The position numbers and the translations under genes are program-made. Under the pieces are notes generated by a model. The model was not told the origin of the DNA, did not search any database, and worked only from the letters and a program-made list of their open reading frames with translations. A stretch of DNA of 63,971 bases, counting the filler. It is 11 parts of 11 records of this genome, joined end to end, with 100 filler letters (N's around TTAATTAATTAA, not from the genome) between each part and the next. Parts side by side here need not be neighbours in the genome. Positions count along the whole stretch, not along the records: positions 1 to 8,759 come from SRR7504441_9072; positions 8,860 to 15,871 come from SRR7504441_9074; 9 more parts are not named here. The stretch is one strand, 5' to 3'. Shown one piece after another: positions 1 through 11,800 of the stretch; the first letter of the stretch is position 1, and each line of letters begins with the position of its first letter.

Positions 1-1013
1 GGTGCCGCCAGCCTTGCCTGTGAACCCAAGCGGCCCAGCAGTATTGAAATCTGAGTCCCTGACGCCCAAGTCACTAACTGGGTGCACCGACAGGGGTACC
101 AGCCAGGGATGGATGGATCGAGCAGGTAGGCGCAGAGACCCTCGCCGCCCTGGGAGCCGTGCATGTGGTAGTCGAACTTGAGGAAGATCTCAGAGCTGGC
201 TCTGCACACCTCAAACTGGACCCGGCACATGAAGTGCCCTTGCTGCGGGAGTCCCGGCATCTCCGGGTTACCAGTCAACTGGAATCCATAATCCAAGAAC
301 CCGTGACCCGACAGCCGGAAGGTGCCTGGCCGAGTCACGGCCTGCGGGGTGCCTTCATCGTCCACGTCGTAGTCTCTGCAGCCAGCAGGGACCCCGCTCT
401 GATCATTCACCAGCCTCCCGCCCTCACTGATGGCGGCCTTTGTCACCACCGCGGCCTGCTGAGCTTCGGCTGTCTGTTTGGCCTGGGCCAGCTCGGCCTT
501 GAGCTTGCTTTTGCCCGCCTCGCTCTGGGTCAGCTCAGCCTGCAGCGCATCCCGCTCTTTGCAGAGATTGCTCTGAGCCAACCTGAGCCGTTCCACCTCC
601 GACGCGTGAGTGCGCACTTGGCTTTGCAGCTCAGCCACGCTCCGCTCGAGTTGCTGGCACCGAGCCTCGCTCTCGGCCTGCATCCGCTTGCTGGTCGGGG
701 ACGGCCCGGGCGCGTCGCCCTGGAGCTGGGCCTCGCCAAGACCCATCTCGTCCAGCTTACCTGTCCGACGCAGGAGCGATTTGAGCGCCATGGTCGACTC
801 GGCGCTGTCCAGCTTGATCGATGGGGTCTCGACCGGTTCACCGGCCGCTTGCGCTTGCGGAGTCTTGCAACTCAGCTTGAGCTGGCTCGCGGGCAGTCCG
901 GTCTGCTGAGCTAGGCGGTCCAAAAGCTGAGATACCGTCTCGCCCGGCCCGGCATCGATCAACTCCATCGCCCCGCCGGCTCTCAGCTCCAGTTGCACGT
1001 TGCCAAACCCCAT
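1..1013 (-). CDS. Hypothetical protein: ubiquitin-like N-terminus, coiled coil and L-type-lectin-like C-terminal region (3'-truncated by window edge)
   Basis: Not in the ORF track. Own translation from ATG 1013: MGFGNVQLELRAGGAMELIDAGPGETVSQLLDRLAQQTGLPASQLKL (UBL-like), a heptad-rich segment, then FDYHMHGSQGGEGLCAYLLDP...GPLGFTG. 41-nt GT-AG intron at 59-99. Confidence 0.55.
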   Translation of the reverse strand, partial: MGFGNVQLELRAGGAMELIDAGPGETVSQLLDRLAQQTGLPASQLKLSCKTPQAQAAGEPVETPSIKLDSAESTMALKSLLRRTGKLDEMGLGEAQLQGDAPGPSPTSKRMQAESEARCQQLERSVAELQSQVRTHASEVERLRLAQSNLCKERDALQAELTQSEAGKSKLKAELAQAKQTAEAQQAAVVTKAAISEGGRLVNDQSGVPAGCRDYDVDDEGTPQAVTRPGTFRLSGHGFLDYGFQLTGNPEMPGLPQQGHFMCRVQFEVCRASSEIFLKFDYHMHGSQGGEGLCAYLLDPSIPGWYPCRCTQLVTWASGTQISILLGRLGSQARLAA

Positions 1014-1158
1014 GCTGCCTGGGATCACACGATGAGCTTCTCACCTAGCGCTACAGGTACCTAGCGGCGTTAGATCTAGCTGCGGCCAGTGGCACGCCCT
1101 TTTAATTATCGGTGAGACTTATACACACTTGTGCAGTTGTGCTTACAATGCCATGGGC

Positions 1159-2055
1159 TCAGCCACGCTCAGCCTTCGCCCTTGCCACCTCGTTCGGGTG
1201 GGCAGCGGCCGCACTCACGCCAGACCTCGGCCACCTCCACTGAGGAATATTCTCTGCAGTCGCCTGCATCCAGTACGGAAACTGCATCGGCATCAGCGGC
1301 ATGCCGTCAGGGCCGTCATCTGCGTTCAGCTCCTCGCCAAACCGGTCCCGGATGCACGCCTGCAGCGCACTGAACGTCTTCTGGTTGCCGCCGGACCCGA
1401 AATGCAGCCCGTCGGATAGATCGTCCGGGCCTATCCCGGCCTTCCACAGATCGAGCACCGCCACCGCCTCTGCCGCCCCGACCGCAAGAACCTCGGCCGC
1501 ATACTTGGCGACCACCTCTCGCACCCGGTCCGGCGGCCCAGCCCTTCCGAACGCCTTGCAGGCCTCCGCCCACCGCTCGCCGGCTACGGGCGGCGGGGTG
1601 ACCAGCACAATGCGGGTGCCCGGGCAGGCCGCCTTCACATGTGCCACCATCGCCTCGAGATTAGCCCGATATGCGGCCAGCGGCACGTGCTGCTGAGGGT
1701 TGAGCGCCGCGTCGGCCGCATCATTGGCCCCGAAGAAGATAGTGAGCAGCGCCGGCGGCTGGGCGCATCCCAACGGCAGCAGCCGCTTGAGCAGCGGCAA
1801 AGCCTGCTTGGTGTTGTACCCGGAGAAGCCACGGTTGAGCACATCGGCCTGACGGGCATACCAATCGGCCAACGCGGCTCCGAAGCCGGCGGTGCGCGGG
1901 TTGAACGACTGTTGGGTAATGCTATCCCCGAAGAGGACGATCTGGGGCCGGATCAGTGCAGCGTCCTTCTTGCGCAGCCTCAAGACAAGCATTCCCACGA
2001 TGCCCGCGCCCAGGCCGGCGGCCGCCGCCAGCCAGACCGGGGGCTGACCCATCAT
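1159..2055 (-). CDS. IAH1: SGNH/GDSL esterase, IAH1-like, with N-terminal membrane anchor
   Basis: Blocks LFGDSITQ, NRGFSGYNT, FFGANDA and DGLH are all present; intronless. Confidence 0.85.
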   Translation of the reverse strand: MMGQPPVWLAAAAGLGAGIVGMLVLRLRKKDAALIRPQIVLFGDSITQQSFNPRTAGFGAALADWYARQADVLNRGFSGYNTKQALPLLKRLLPLGCAQPPALLTIFFGANDAADAALNPQQHVPLAAYRANLEAMVAHVKAACPGTRIVLVTPPPVAGERWAEACKAFGRAGPPDRVREVVAKYAAEVLAVGAAEAVAVLDLWKAGIGPDDLSDGLHFGSGGNQKTFSALQACIRDRFGEELNADDGPDGMPLMPMQFPYWMQATAENIPQWRWPRSGVSAAAAHPNEVARAKAERG

Positions 2056-2191
2056 CAGTAACGGAAACTCGGTTCGAAGCACAGGCCGACCAGGTCAGCC
2101 AGTACTGGGCAAGGTACTGGCACGCCTTCTAGTGCTACTCGGACCCCCCCCTCCCCAGGTGAGCCTGAGAGCCTGAGCGGTGGCCACCGAA

Positions 2192-5071
2192 ATGTCGCCC
2201 CAGCTGCTGGGCACAGCGACAGTACTAACGCTGCTCGGCCCGTGCTTCGGGTGCTCGCTGTTCAACCCGGCCAGCTTCAACGGCCCCCAGCTCCCGGGAC
2301 CAGCGGCTCCCGGCGAGGCTGACCGCTGGTGGGCCGAGCTGCAGAGCTGCCGGGCGGCCCAGCTAATCAATTACACGGGCGCAGCCTTCGAGCGGCCCGA
2401 GTCACGGTGGACCCAGACCGCGTTCGCCATCCCGATGGTCCAGGGGTACGACAGGCTGCTGTGGGACGAGCGGGCCCAGCAGTACACGCCGGGCAGGTTT
2501 TTGGAGGACGCCCGTCGGAGGTTTGGCGGGGTGGACGCGATCTTCCTTTGGCCGACCTATACCAATATTGGGCTGGACAATCGGAACCAGCTAGACCTGT
2601 TTAGGGCGATGCCGGGAGGGCTTGTGGGGCTGCGGGCGCTGGCAGAGCAGTTCCGGGCGGCGGGTGTCCACGTGATGTGGGGCTATAACCCGTGGGACAC
2701 CGGCACCGAGCGGGAGGATGGCTGGGTGTCAGTCAACGCGAGTGACCCGACTGATGTGACCAGCACGGCAGGAGAAGGCGGGGCGGATGGGTTCAACATG
2801 GATACCATGACCTCCACCCCTCGTGCTTTCTGGCAGGCGTCGGAGCGTGGCAACTGGCACATGGCCTTCCAGCCGGAGGGTGGGGGCACGGTCGGCTCGA
2901 TGGACTGGGAGACTATGAGCACCTGCCACTGCACGTACACGCCGATGGCACAGACAGTGGACCACTACAAGCTGTTGGAGTCGCGCCGAATGACCTCAGT
3001 CAGGGATCGGTGGTCACTCGATCATACCGACGCGTTCCACTTCTCTTTTTTTAACGGGGTAGGCTACGAGGTGACTGAGAACGACTGGGGAACGACCAAC
3101 CAACTGACCCGTTACAATGCCGAGGCGCTCAGGCGGGTGAATACAGTGCTAAGGTACTTTGGTTCTGTTGGGCTGCTCCGGTCCCCGCGCTGGCGGCCAC
3201 ATGTCACGGGTATCTCCGGTGCGACGGCAGTTTTTGGATCCTCGTTTCCGTCGCCGACGCAGCCAACTGAACGGCTTTGGTTGTTTGTGAACCGAGATAA
3301 GGAGCATAAGGCAGATGCATGGTTTGATTTTCCAGAGGCTGTGCCACAAATGGTGGGGCGAGGCAATCCCAAGACGGTGCTATGGGATTGTTGGCTCGGG
3401 CAGGCTGCACGGCACAACCAGACATCAGTGCAACTGGGGCTGGAAGCCCACGGGTATGGCTGCCTCCTGCTGAGCTCAAACAGTAGTTCAGATGGCCCTC
3501 TGGCTGAATTTCTTGCCTTGATGCGTGAGTTGGCAGCAAGTGGGCCTCTCATGTCGTTCGATAAGGAGTTCTATCCATTGCAACAAGTGATGACTCGCAT
3601 TCCTCGCACGGCTGGTATCACCACCATCCCGCCAGGAATGGTGGCTATACCTGGGGCTGGGCCGGACGGGTTCTACTGGAGCGTCAGATCGACCAAGAAT
3701 CAGGAGAACGACAGACTCTCCGCCGACGTGCAGTACTGGTGGGAGGATAAGGGCTGGGTAGAGCACGGAAGCAGCATCCCTGTGGAACCGTTTCTGATGG
3801 ACCGGCATCCGGTAACCTGTGCACAGTGGCAGGACTACATAAATAAGAGTGGCTACACTCCAGCTGACCTGCACAACTATCTCAAGAACTGGCACTGGGA
3901 TCATGATTCGCCCTCACTCCCCCACCTGATCGCCCACACCCCAGTCGTTTACGTCTCACTGGCCGAAGCGCGAGGTTACTGCAAAGCTCTGGGGAAAAGG
4001 CTACCGCATGACTGGGAGTGGCAGTGGGCAGGCCAAAGTGATCGCTCAGGTGTGAGCACCGGAGCCAGTTTTCCGTGGGGAGCAAACTGCTCTTCAAATC
4101 GGCCATGCATGCCTGCGGTCATGATCGGCAATGAGTTACCTGGCGCTCCCAACGTGGGTTCATTTTCTCCGCAGGGCGATTCTCCTAATGGCGTCGCCGA
4201 CATGCCTGGCAGTGTCTGGCAGTTCACCGACGAGTTCACCGACATGCGCTCCCGGGCCGCGCTTGTTCGTGGTGGCTCGAACTGGCAGGCTGGAGTGCAG
4301 GGAGTGGCTGGGAGTCACTGGTACTTTCGCGGGGTCCCAGCTCCTTTGACACAGCACAACAAGTACGAGCTGATGTCCGATAGCTACGAGAGAGCTGGCA
4401 CGCTTGGATTTCGATGTGTCGCTGATCTGCCTCCAAAGACGTGCAAGAATTCCATCTGTGGACGATGGAGCGGCCCGCCAATTTTCAACACAACACTTGG
4501 TCTAGATTCTGAGACAGTTGAATGGGCCCGCTGGATGCTGGCCCCTGACAGCAAGCTTGTCCATGTCAGCTCTGCTTCAACCGACGCCCGTATTGGCAGT
4601 CCAGCGCCTGCATGCGGTAGTCGCGGCAGTATGAGTGCAGCCAGGACCAGCCTCGCATCGTTTGGCTGGGTGCATGGATTTGTGCAAGGCACGCTCACAA
4701 AAGATGTGACTAACACGACCGAGAGTCTTGCTGCAACATGCGGCTTCCAGCTGAATGTTACCAGCGGCGTCGGCGTTGAGACGCTCGCTTTATTTGCAGG
4801 CGTTGAAAAGGCCGAGTTGGGTCATGTGACCGTGAGTGCCAGTGCTGGTGGCTCGATACTGTTTGAGAGCACATTGAAGACCATCAAGCCTCCATTGCAT
4901 GGCCATGGCGCTGGTGCCGATGCACTTTACCATCTGACTTGGTCATTTGCTACTCAAACCATGGTGACAATACGGTGGGTGCCCAACGAAACGCGGCTGG
5001 AGAAAGCCGGCGTGCTGCTGTACGCAGCGGAGCTCCGGAAGGGTGGCCCTCCGCCGCTCTATGGATATTAG
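2192..5071 (+). CDS. Secreted protein with glycoside-hydrolase-like N-terminal region and FGE-sulfatase (SUMF1-like) domain
   Basis: Hydrophobic signal-like N-terminus; FGGVDAIFLWPTYTNIGLDNRNQ; FGE-domain motifs FLMDRHPVT, PVVYVS, GKRLPHDWEWQ, FPWG, DMPGSVWQ, RGGS, GFRC; intronless. Confidence 0.8.
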   Translation: MSPQLLGTATVLTLLGPCFGCSLFNPASFNGPQLPGPAAPGEADRWWAELQSCRAAQLINYTGAAFERPESRWTQTAFAIPMVQGYDRLLWDERAQQYTPGRFLEDARRRFGGVDAIFLWPTYTNIGLDNRNQLDLFRAMPGGLVGLRALAEQFRAAGVHVMWGYNPWDTGTEREDGWVSVNASDPTDVTSTAGEGGADGFNMDTMTSTPRAFWQASERGNWHMAFQPEGGGTVGSMDWETMSTCHCTYTPMAQTVDHYKLLESRRMTSVRDRWSLDHTDAFHFSFFNGVGYEVTENDWGTTNQLTRYNAEALRRVNTVLRYFGSVGLLRSPRWRPHVTGISGATAVFGSSFPSPTQPTERLWLFVNRDKEHKADAWFDFPEAVPQMVGRGNPKTVLWDCWLGQAARHNQTSVQLGLEAHGYGCLLLSSNSSSDGPLAEFLALMRELAASGPLMSFDKEFYPLQQVMTRIPRTAGITTIPPGMVAIPGAGPDGFYWSVRSTKNQENDRLSADVQYWWEDKGWVEHGSSIPVEPFLMDRHPVTCAQWQDYINKSGYTPADLHNYLKNWHWDHDSPSLPHLIAHTPVVYVSLAEARGYCKALGKRLPHDWEWQWAGQSDRSGVSTGASFPWGANCSSNRPCMPAVMIGNELPGAPNVGSFSPQGDSPNGVADMPGSVWQFTDEFTDMRSRAALVRGGSNWQAGVQGVAGSHWYFRGVPAPLTQHNKYELMSDSYERAGTLGFRCVADLPPKTCKNSICGRWSGPPIFNTTLGLDSETVEWARWMLAPDSKLVHVSSASTDARIGSPAPACGSRGSMSAARTSLASFGWVHGFVQGTLTKDVTNTTESLAATCGFQLNVTSGVGVETLALFAGVEKAELGHVTVSASAGGSILFESTLKTIKPPLHGHGAGADALYHLTWSFATQTMVTIRWVPNETRLEKAGVLLYAAELRKGGPPPLYGY

Positions 5072-5180
5072 TCACCCTTCAAGATTCCCCGAATTAGCCG
5101 TTGTAACTGTTATTACTGCATTCAAAATTAATGGACTATTATACCGGTAATCATCTGTAAATCATCTTTAACCTCAAGAA

Positions 5181-8100
5181 TTATTGCATTTGCGACCAAA
5201 TACGAGTCAAGTATTGCGTATCGCGTTCCTTGAAGGCTCTCATTAAACTATTCACAAGCTTAGAGGTCTTGTTAGAACCTGCGGCTTGTTGGCGCTTGAC
5301 TAGCTGTAACTCGAAGCCGCTTGATACAGTCCTAGCCTTATCAACAATCTGCATGCACATTGATTAGCTGAAGCGAACGCAACGGGCTAGTTAGTGGGGC
5401 ACCTTGGCAGGGAGCCCAGCAAGTTGACCAACATTCATGCCAAAGCTATTTGGACAGGGCCCTTCCGCAAGTTGATACAGAAAATTGACCCTAGATGAAT
5501 GGCCAACTAGACGAAAGGCCATGTGCCAAAGCCCAATCTGCGGCACATGCTTGAATTCTTCAGTCAGTATGTGGTAGTGCGTCGCAAAAAGACAGTTGCT
5601 GCGACATTGCTCCACAATCTCTCGAGTCACCGCATAGGCGATGGAAGTGCCATCCAGTGTTGAAGTGCCCTGGCATACAGACATTGAGTGCTAAGGCAAG
5701 TGCCAGCCGTACCCGACCCAGCTCGTCGAGGATCACCAGTGAGCGTGGTGTGGCCTCCCTCAGTATCTTCGCAGTCTCGGACAGCTCAACAAAGTAAGTG
5801 CTCATTCCACCCATGATATTATCTTGCGCTCCGATCCGGGTGAATATTTGATCCACTGGGCTGAGCTTGCAGCGCTCTGCCGGGACGTTGCAACCTAGTT
5901 GCGCCAGGATGACAATCACGCAACTGAGTCGGAGGGTGGTTGACTTGCCACCCATGTTAGGGCCTGTGACCAGTACGCAGTGCGGCAAGCCGTCGACACC
6001 AAGGCGAACCGTGTTTGGAACGCACAATGGAATACAGGGGTGGCGCCCAGCGACAATTTCCAACACGCCAGTTCCATCGTCATTGACCGCAACAAATTGA
6101 GGCCTGCACATCCCAGGCTCACTCGACACCTCAGCAAGTGAGCTCAGGACATCGAATCGGGCACAAGCATCAGCAAGCCATCTCCATAGATCGCGGTATT
6201 GGCAAAACCTTTTGAACCACGTCTGAACAGATGCCTGTATCGACTCAGTGACTCGAGCATTTGCCGCAGTGAAGCGCGCTAGCAAGTCCAGTACAATCAG
6301 TTCAGAGCGGAACCTCAGCGTCTTTGCGGTTTGAGATACAACCATAAACTCAGCTGGCAGATCTGTACTCCCTCGGCTTCGCACCAGGGAAGATACTGGC
6401 ACTTCAAACACGCATGGATGCGATTGCTGATTGCTAGAGTACTTGAGACCTGATGGGCAACCCAATTGAGTGCAAACATCATCGAGATGTCGGTCCAGCA
6501 GGGTCTGAGCACCCTGCAGCCCCTCCTTCGCAGCTCGCACCCCAGGATCCCGGAGCAAGGGTTCTGAATCATACATCAACTCCGAAAATGCTGAAATTGC
6601 TGTCTCACATCGAGCTGCAGTTGAAAGATCATAGCCCAGCTGGCCTGCTGCGTCAGGTACGCTGTAAGAACACTCTGTTAGTACCACTCTGAGGCTGCCG
6701 GCCATTTGTTTCACACCCAACACTGCTTTTAAAAGGAATTCAAGGCGCTCTTTTCCTTGATTGTCGCTGACCACGGGTGAGCACACCCAGCGCTGTGCTA
6801 TGACAACCACGCGCTCGAGATCAGGGGTTCGAGCAAGTGCCTTACGGAATGAATCTCGCGCCAAACTTTGGTCTACCAGGAGTTGGATGGCACACTGCCT
6901 CTTCTGCAGAGCCGGCAGTTCCCGGAGCGGTGTCGTCATCCACCTAGCAAGAAGTCTTTTTCCGGCTGCTGTCTTTGTACGATCGACACATGCGAGCAGG
7001 CTGCCTCTTCCTCCCACCATACCGCTCTCGCCCTCTACAAGGTGTAGCTGTGAGATTGTCGGGCCGTCCAGCAGCATGACTGGATCCTCGTTTGGCCTTC
7101 CAGGGTTGGTGCCTCCGAGCAAGAGCATCGAAAATCGGCAGTGACTCAAAACTTCGTGGTCTTTGAAAAGTGAAGCAAGGTAGCACGCGACACCGCCAAC
7201 TGCCCCAAGCGCATCTGGGTATTGGACCCTCAATTGCTCAATCTCTGTAGGGGTTGTTGACCAGTACTTGGATAGATAGTGGCATGCATGTTGACTTGAC
7301 CACTCCGCATGCTCACCAATCCGCGTCACGCATGCTACTGATTTGAACGTGCTGAGCATTGTGTGCATGCCTGTGAGCAGGGGGCTGCTAGGGCCTTCTG
7401 GCACTGCGAGCACAACTTCGCGTGGAGGTAGCTGCTGCAACAGCGCGGACAGCAAGCTAAGGGCGCAGTCGTCAGTAAATGCACCAACGTGCGCATGGGC
7501 TCCAAAGCAATCCATGAAGCATACTCCAAGATGCAGCTTGTCTTGCTGCACAGTGGCCGCGACTCCTAGAATGTAGGAGTGCCAAGAGTCAAGCCCAGGA
7601 TCTGGCTGCATTGTCCCTGGAGTGAGGATCTCTACGAGCTCTCGCTCAAGTACTTGGCTGTTCTCAGCACTTGCTTGCTCCTTTTGCTCGACCCGCCCAA
7701 CCTTGAAGCCAGATGCTACTAGTTTTCGGGCATGGTCATTGAAGCACCTCTCACCAGCAGGGAACCCGACCTTGCTATAACCGGCCACCTTCATGTAACC
7801 CAGTCCAAGAACTTTATGGCACGTGTGTGCATCCTCATGAAATGTTTCGAAGAATTTTCCAATTTTCATGAGAATCACCACATCATAATGAGCAGCTTTC
7901 ACCCGCCAGTATTGCCTCTGTGTCTGGCTCATAGCTTGCAGTGCCGAGCTGGGAATCATCAAGCTGCTGGGATCATGACCGTTGTCTCGTTTAGAGCGAC
8001 CTTGGGCATCTCTCGGATCGGCCAGCCACATCGGTGGTGCAGCCCCTGCAGCCTTCTTTATCGAGCCAGGCGCAACGGCTGGGGCACTACTGCTCGCTAA

Positions 8101-8715
8101 GTGCCGTGCACGGTCTGGTGTTTGCCTGAGCTGAGAGTGACGAGATGGCAGCGCCTGAGAGCTCGAGGCCTGTCGAGCTACCGGAGTGCAACCTGAGAGA
8201 CCGTCGCACCCAGGGCGCATCTTTGGAGGCGAGCCAGCCCGGATTGGGATTTGGTGCGCACTAGCAGTTGGGTGACCACACGAATCAAAGTGCTTGCCAA
8301 CAAGTGCTGAGCCCCGCAAGGGAGTCATCCCGTCGTCCACTGGTCTCACGACCACATCAACAGAGTCATCTGACCGAATTAGCTCGGAGACCACACCAAC
8401 AGTATGCGTAGCCTTGCACCGCACTGTTGTTCCGAGTTGATACATCAGAAAGGGCATTGATTCGAATTGTCCCAGGAGCAGTGCGCAATCCGAGCAGTCG
8501 AGCCCAGCATCCACCCGCATCCGCTTTGCCAATGGGCTCTCGAGTGGTTCATCCTCATGCTCGCTGTCGTCGTACATGCCATCCATCTCCAGGTCATCTT
8601 GGCTCCGACAGGGCTGGTCCCTGCACACTATTTGGGCAGATGGCTTATGTGCTGCAGCCACAACACTGGGTGAATGCATCTGTGCTTGGTTGGGTGATCT
8701 AGCGGAGCCACGCAT
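5181..8715 (-). CDS. MSH6: DNA mismatch repair protein MSH6-like (start uncertain, near contig end)
   Basis: QYWRVK...KIGKFFE mismatch-binding motif, Walker A TGPNMGGKST, DELGR|GTST, FATHY. Introns at 5670-5712 (43 nt) and 5349-5402 (54 nt); stop TAA at 5181-5183. Confidence 0.85.
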
Positions 8716-8759
8716 TTGTGCTGCCTTGCGCTTGGCCAGGGCGGCTAAGCGGTTCTGCT

Positions 8760-8859
8760 NNNNNNNNNNNNNNNNNNNNNNNNNNNNNNNNNNNNNNNNN
8801 NNNTTAATTAATTAANNNNNNNNNNNNNNNNNNNNNNNNNNNNNNNNNNNNNNNNNNNN
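8760..8859. other. Artificial contig spacer
   Basis: N44-TTAATTAATTAA-N44; gives stops in all six frames. Confidence 0.98.
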
Positions 8860-11800
8860 GCATCTCTCCGAGAATGTCTCAATCAATCGACAAGCAGTCT
8901 GCATTGACACATCACGTACAGGATCAGCAGCATCTGCCAGGCCTTGTAGGATCAGAGGAAGCATGTCATCCATGTATGGAGCTAGCTGTTCACCAAACAC
9001 CGGGGCCAGAAACAGGATGACTCCTAAGTACCCCTCCCGGATCTGTGCCGATCGGTCGGTGACGCGCAGCAACAAGTCAGGTACGGTTGCATCCAGCCTT
9101 TCGATCCCGAGAGCGCCGAGCACCTCACCAAGTCCCTGTGCAGCGCCAAAGCGCTCGATCGTGGACTTAGCAGAGTCGATCTTCTCCATCAGCCATGGCA
9201 ACAAGTCGTCAAATTGCTCCTCACCGAGCCCCGCTACAAGCATCCCAAGAGCCTTAGCAGCAAACATCCGTGATTCCGGAATCGGATCGAGCAGCACTTC
9301 TTTTACCTCTGGGAGGAGCTCTGTCACGTACGGTCCAAGGTCCTTTTTATTTGCTACCAAGTTACACATGGATCCAATGATCTGCACTGCATTTCGTTTG
9401 ACCTCTGAAGATCGGTCGTTAAGTCCTCGCACCAAGATTGGCATGAGTAGAGCTAGGGATGGTGCGTCGATTGAGTGCACGTATGAGGTTGCCATCAGGG
9501 CCCCAATCGCATCCTTGGTGCCTGCCGGATCTTCGAGAGCCTTGAGTAATGTGGGCACAACAGACTGGATCTCAGGATTCTTGATCACGGAACCAATGCG
9601 TTGCAGTGCAACCTTCCCTGCCTTCCTCACCTCAGTGTGCGAGTCGCTCAATGCATCGCCAAGACGCGGCACAATCTGTGGTAAGCAGGTGGACAGCTGC
9701 TTTGGCGCACAGTGAGCCATTGAACCAAGAAAGTTGGTCGCTGCAGTTTTGGTTCGCCACTGCCTGTCCTCGAGGCCTTCAAGTAACTGCGGTAGCACAA
9801 GCTTGACTCCATGAGCCGAGAGGTTGCCCATCACAACTTCTGCCGTGTGCTCGTCTGCCTCACGCACCATTGGCACATCTGAGTAGGCCTTGAGCAGATT
9901 GGGCAAGATTTGCATTACGTATGGCTCAAATAACCTTCCTAAGAACTGACATAGCAGCTCATAAGCAAAGAGAGCGCCCTGGCGGCCGTTGGCATTCGAT
10001 CCATCCTCAAGTGCTTCCTTGAGATACTCCATGATACCGCACTGCTTGAGGGAGATGATGCCTAGACCTTTGACGACACATGCAAGGCCATAGGCCGAGC
10101 CCCGACGCTCAGCTGTACTGTCAGCATTGACCACTTTGTTCTTGAGCAAGTCGACGAATTCAGCTGCCCGTGGGTCGCCTTTGATTGACGGACACAGCGG
10201 AGTAATTGCAGTGGCAGCAGCATACTGCACTGCTTCTGACGGTGTAGCAAGCGCCATAATCAATTGTTCTATGATCTGTGGTACCTTTGGATCGTCTTTA
10301 GGCAGGTGCTTGGAAAGCCCACCCAGGAAGAGCACCACACTCGAGTGGATGTTGTCTTCTGTCTCGTTTGTGGCCGTGCAGCTCAATTCCTGCTCAAACA
10401 GTGGCAGCAGCGTAGCAATGTGTGTCTTGCCATGTGCTGCCACAATAGCAATTCCTGCTGCAGTCAGCTGCTCGCGCACATCAGGGATTTCGTCAGCCAG
10501 TGCACGCTTCATCAGGAACAGGAGAATGGAGTTCACCGAAGTTGAACTGAGCACAGGAGCAGCGGCTTCAAACACACAAGCCACGCCGTGCCTTGTGCAA
10601 ATCCGCTTTCTGAGTTCATTTTCTGTCTCCTTTGCAGAGAATTGACCAGGCATCATGCAGGCCATCTCGTCTTGGGGCGGAGCCTCACTCATTGTCACAA
10701 ATATCTCCATCAACTTGCTGAGTGCTCCTTTTTCGGTGTCTGGCATGAGCTGAATCCCTGCTGCCACTGCACGCCCGATCAATTTTCGAACTTCAGGCTC
10801 GCCATGCGAAAGCATTGGGAGCAACTCTTCACAGAAATCCTCTGGCAATTGTTGGCCATACTTCTCCCACATCAGCCGACCGAGCTCGGCATTCTCTTCC
10901 ACGCTATCATGGTGGCCTAGCCAGAGCAGAGCTGAAGTATGGAGGTCCTCATTAAGCTGGAAAGGCAGTTGGTGCACTGCACGCAGTGTGGCATGCCGCA
11001 CAGTCCCCTTCTCGCAGATCAGCCCTTCTAGCAATGCTCTGCAGGTTGTCGGCGACGGCGGCATTTTGGCACACACAGCAACCAGGGTTTCGCCAGCGTT
11101 GTTCACCATGTTTACGTCTGAGCAAATTTTCATCGTGTGCACCAGAGCTTCAGTTAGAGGCAGCCATGGCAGAGGGGACCACTCACAATTGCAGCATACC
11201 ACCTGTCAGCAGCAGAAGCTCAATTCATATGCCGACAATATTTATTATTGATAGGGCTAGCTACCTTGAGCGCCGTACTTTGAATTGGAGCTTCCTTTGC
11301 CAACAAAATGTGGTGCAGCATCGGGAATGAGAGACATAGACCAGCTACACCTAGCTCTTTGCCGAGCCCGCAGAGTGCCTCGGCAGCATGTTGGAGCAGC
11401 ACCTTCAGCTCGGATTCAGCCAGTTGCTTTTCGTACGGCCCTTCACAGCGAACTCTCCATACCGCGAGTGCCACCAGGTCGCTGAATGCAACTACACGGC
11501 TAGGGCACAGCCACCTGAACAGACTATGGAGCGCTGCATGAGCAATGTCAGCCACAGTGTAAAGCCCCAGAAGCTCTGTGATTGCTGGCATCACAGCAGT
11601 GGGGAGAGCCATTGTGAGCAGCTGTGGGTTTGATCGTGCGATGGCCGTGGTAGCATCTAGGGCTGCTGATATGCAGGTCACCAAGGTATCAATACGAGCG
11701 ACAGCATCTTCGTCCTCGCCTGCAGCGCCAGCTGCCAGCGTGGAAGCATTGCCTGCCTTGCTTGGTGCGTCCGAGGAACCTTTCTTAGGCTTATCTGACT

